A program made the translations under genes and the position numbers. A stretch of DNA of 29,877 bases from positions 1-29,877 of the forward strand of contig JAUWKS010000040.1 in assembly GCA_030614005.1 (NCBI GenBank), read 5' to 3'. Shown here piece after piece: positions 28,874 through 29,877 of the stretch. This DNA comes from Candidatus Heimdallarchaeota archaeon. GTDB lineage: Archaea; Asgardarchaeota; Heimdallarchaeia; JABLTI01. Positions within the stretch are counted from its first letter, which is position 1. The number at the start of each line of letters is the position of its first letter. The notes under the pieces are model-generated. The model searched no databases, was not told the origin of the DNA, and was given only the letters and a program-made list of their open reading frames with translations.

Positions 28874-29877
28874 TCAGTTTTTTCCTTCAGCTTTAATCTG
28901 GACATTCTTTTTTCTTGTAAGGACTATCGTTATCGCAATTACGCTTATCAAAAACCCTGTAACTAGTATTGATCCCACAATTATGAAGAATAAATTAAGC
29001 AGTCTATATGGTTTTTCTGGATATATATGAACAGGTGACTCGAGATTAGTAATATCGACAATGTATAGTGGTCTTCTTCCTTGTAATTCTCCACTTTGAG
29101 TACTTGTCATATAAGCATAATTGCCAACTACAGAAATATCTTCGAAAATAGCAACATACTCACACTGATAATTGCCAATTGTCTGAATATCAGCTAGGTT
29201 AGAAATATCTATTATGTCAAAAGAGTCAAAGAAAAGTGCAAACACGTAATTGCCTTCTATCAAAAGATCATTAAAATGATTTGAAGCAACAGTGTGATTT
29301 GTGATGTATGTTATTGCTAAATGATCTGTAATGTTATAGATATGCAACGTTGTATATCCTTCTTGAATGTAAAGATAGTCATCAGTAACAAAGAACCCTC
29401 TGAAAGTACTGCTATCATCTATTACTAGCTCATTTGCTTTCTGAATGTCTGTAGAATCTGTCACGTTAAAAATAGCTAATCCGTAACCTGAGTCTAAAAT
29501 ATAGGAATAATTTCCCTTTATTGTTATATCAGAAAAGCTCGCACTTGCATTTGTATATGAGTCTAATAATGAAATATCAGAATACCCGGTAAAATTGAAG
29601 ATGCTGAATTCAGTGCCAGTAATTGCATATAAATTCCAGCCAAGAACAACAAATTCCTGGTAATGACCTGCTGGTAAAGTGAAATTACCTTTTAATTTTA
29701 CGTCTGTAACATTGGAGCAGTCTAGTATCGTGAATCTATTAATATCTTGACTAAAGAAGTAGATATAATCATTCTGAACAATCATATTGCTGTAATCCCC
29801 TGTGAGATCTGTAGAATATTTAAAGGAATCAACAACTATAGGCTGATCCTTTATGCTAACATCATAGATTTCGAATC
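28874..29877 (-). CDS. LVIVD-repeat surface protein with a C-terminal TM anchor (5' end beyond the window)
   Basis: YAY/IIDISN-type repeats; C-terminal TM followed by RKK. The frame is open upstream of 29785 to the window edge. Confidence 0.85.
   Translation of the reverse strand, partial: FEIYDVSIKDQPIVVDSFKYSTDLTGDYSNMIVQNDYIYFFSQDINRFTILDCSNVTDVKLKGNFTLPAGHYQEFVVLGWNLYAITGTEFSIFNFTGYSDISLLDSYTNASASFSDITIKGNYSYILDSGYGLAIFNVTDSTDIQKANELVIDDSSTFRGFFVTDDYLYIQEGYTTLHIYNITDHLAITYITNHTVASNHFNDLLIEGNYVFALFFDSFDIIDISNLADIQTIGNYQCEYVAIFEDISVVGNYAYMTSTQSGELQGRRPLYIVDITNLESPVHIYPEKPYRLLNLFFIIVGSILVTGFLISVIAITIVLTRKKNVQIKAEGKN

Noticed and set aside
1-29877. Integrase, transposase, tRNA or rRNA genes
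   Set aside because: None recognised by eye in the ORF track or intergenic regions; tRNAscan-SE and HMM scans were not run.

Overview
AT-rich archaeal window, most likely an Asgard archaeon (inferred from the protein architectures: a TPR protein with a longin/roadblock-like C-terminus, an FG-GAP receptor with a C-terminal ZnF-RING, and several C-terminally anchored surface proteins). I recognised no rRNA, tRNA, CRISPR array, integrase or transposase. The left 12 kb is a hypervariable locus around a single-HKD phospholipase D-family gene (6121-6660). The last 40-70 nt of this gene (encoding CYQKQKGYCKGI) recur four more times downstream as direct repeats. The repeats separate 0.8-2.1 kb cargo units: a membrane protein, a HEPN-MNT pair, and two related TA-like pairs whose putative toxins are both broken. 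This looks like an integron-like cassette array anchored in the 3' end of a protein-coding gene. Upstream, two 5' halves of a paralogous PLD gene both break at the HKD Asp position and flank a surface-receptor gene, and a 51-bp motif at the first breakpoint recurs inside the downstream array. The rest holds three tandem zinc-free MDR oxidoreductases, an ABC-2 transporter with a stranded divergent copy of its ATPase 5' end, an M23 peptidase, DUF2769, EFR1 flavodoxin-ferredoxin, 4-OT, an NTP-transferase/CDP-alcohol phosphotransferase pair and several orphan 3' gene remnants. All family calls come from reading motifs by eye; no searches were run.
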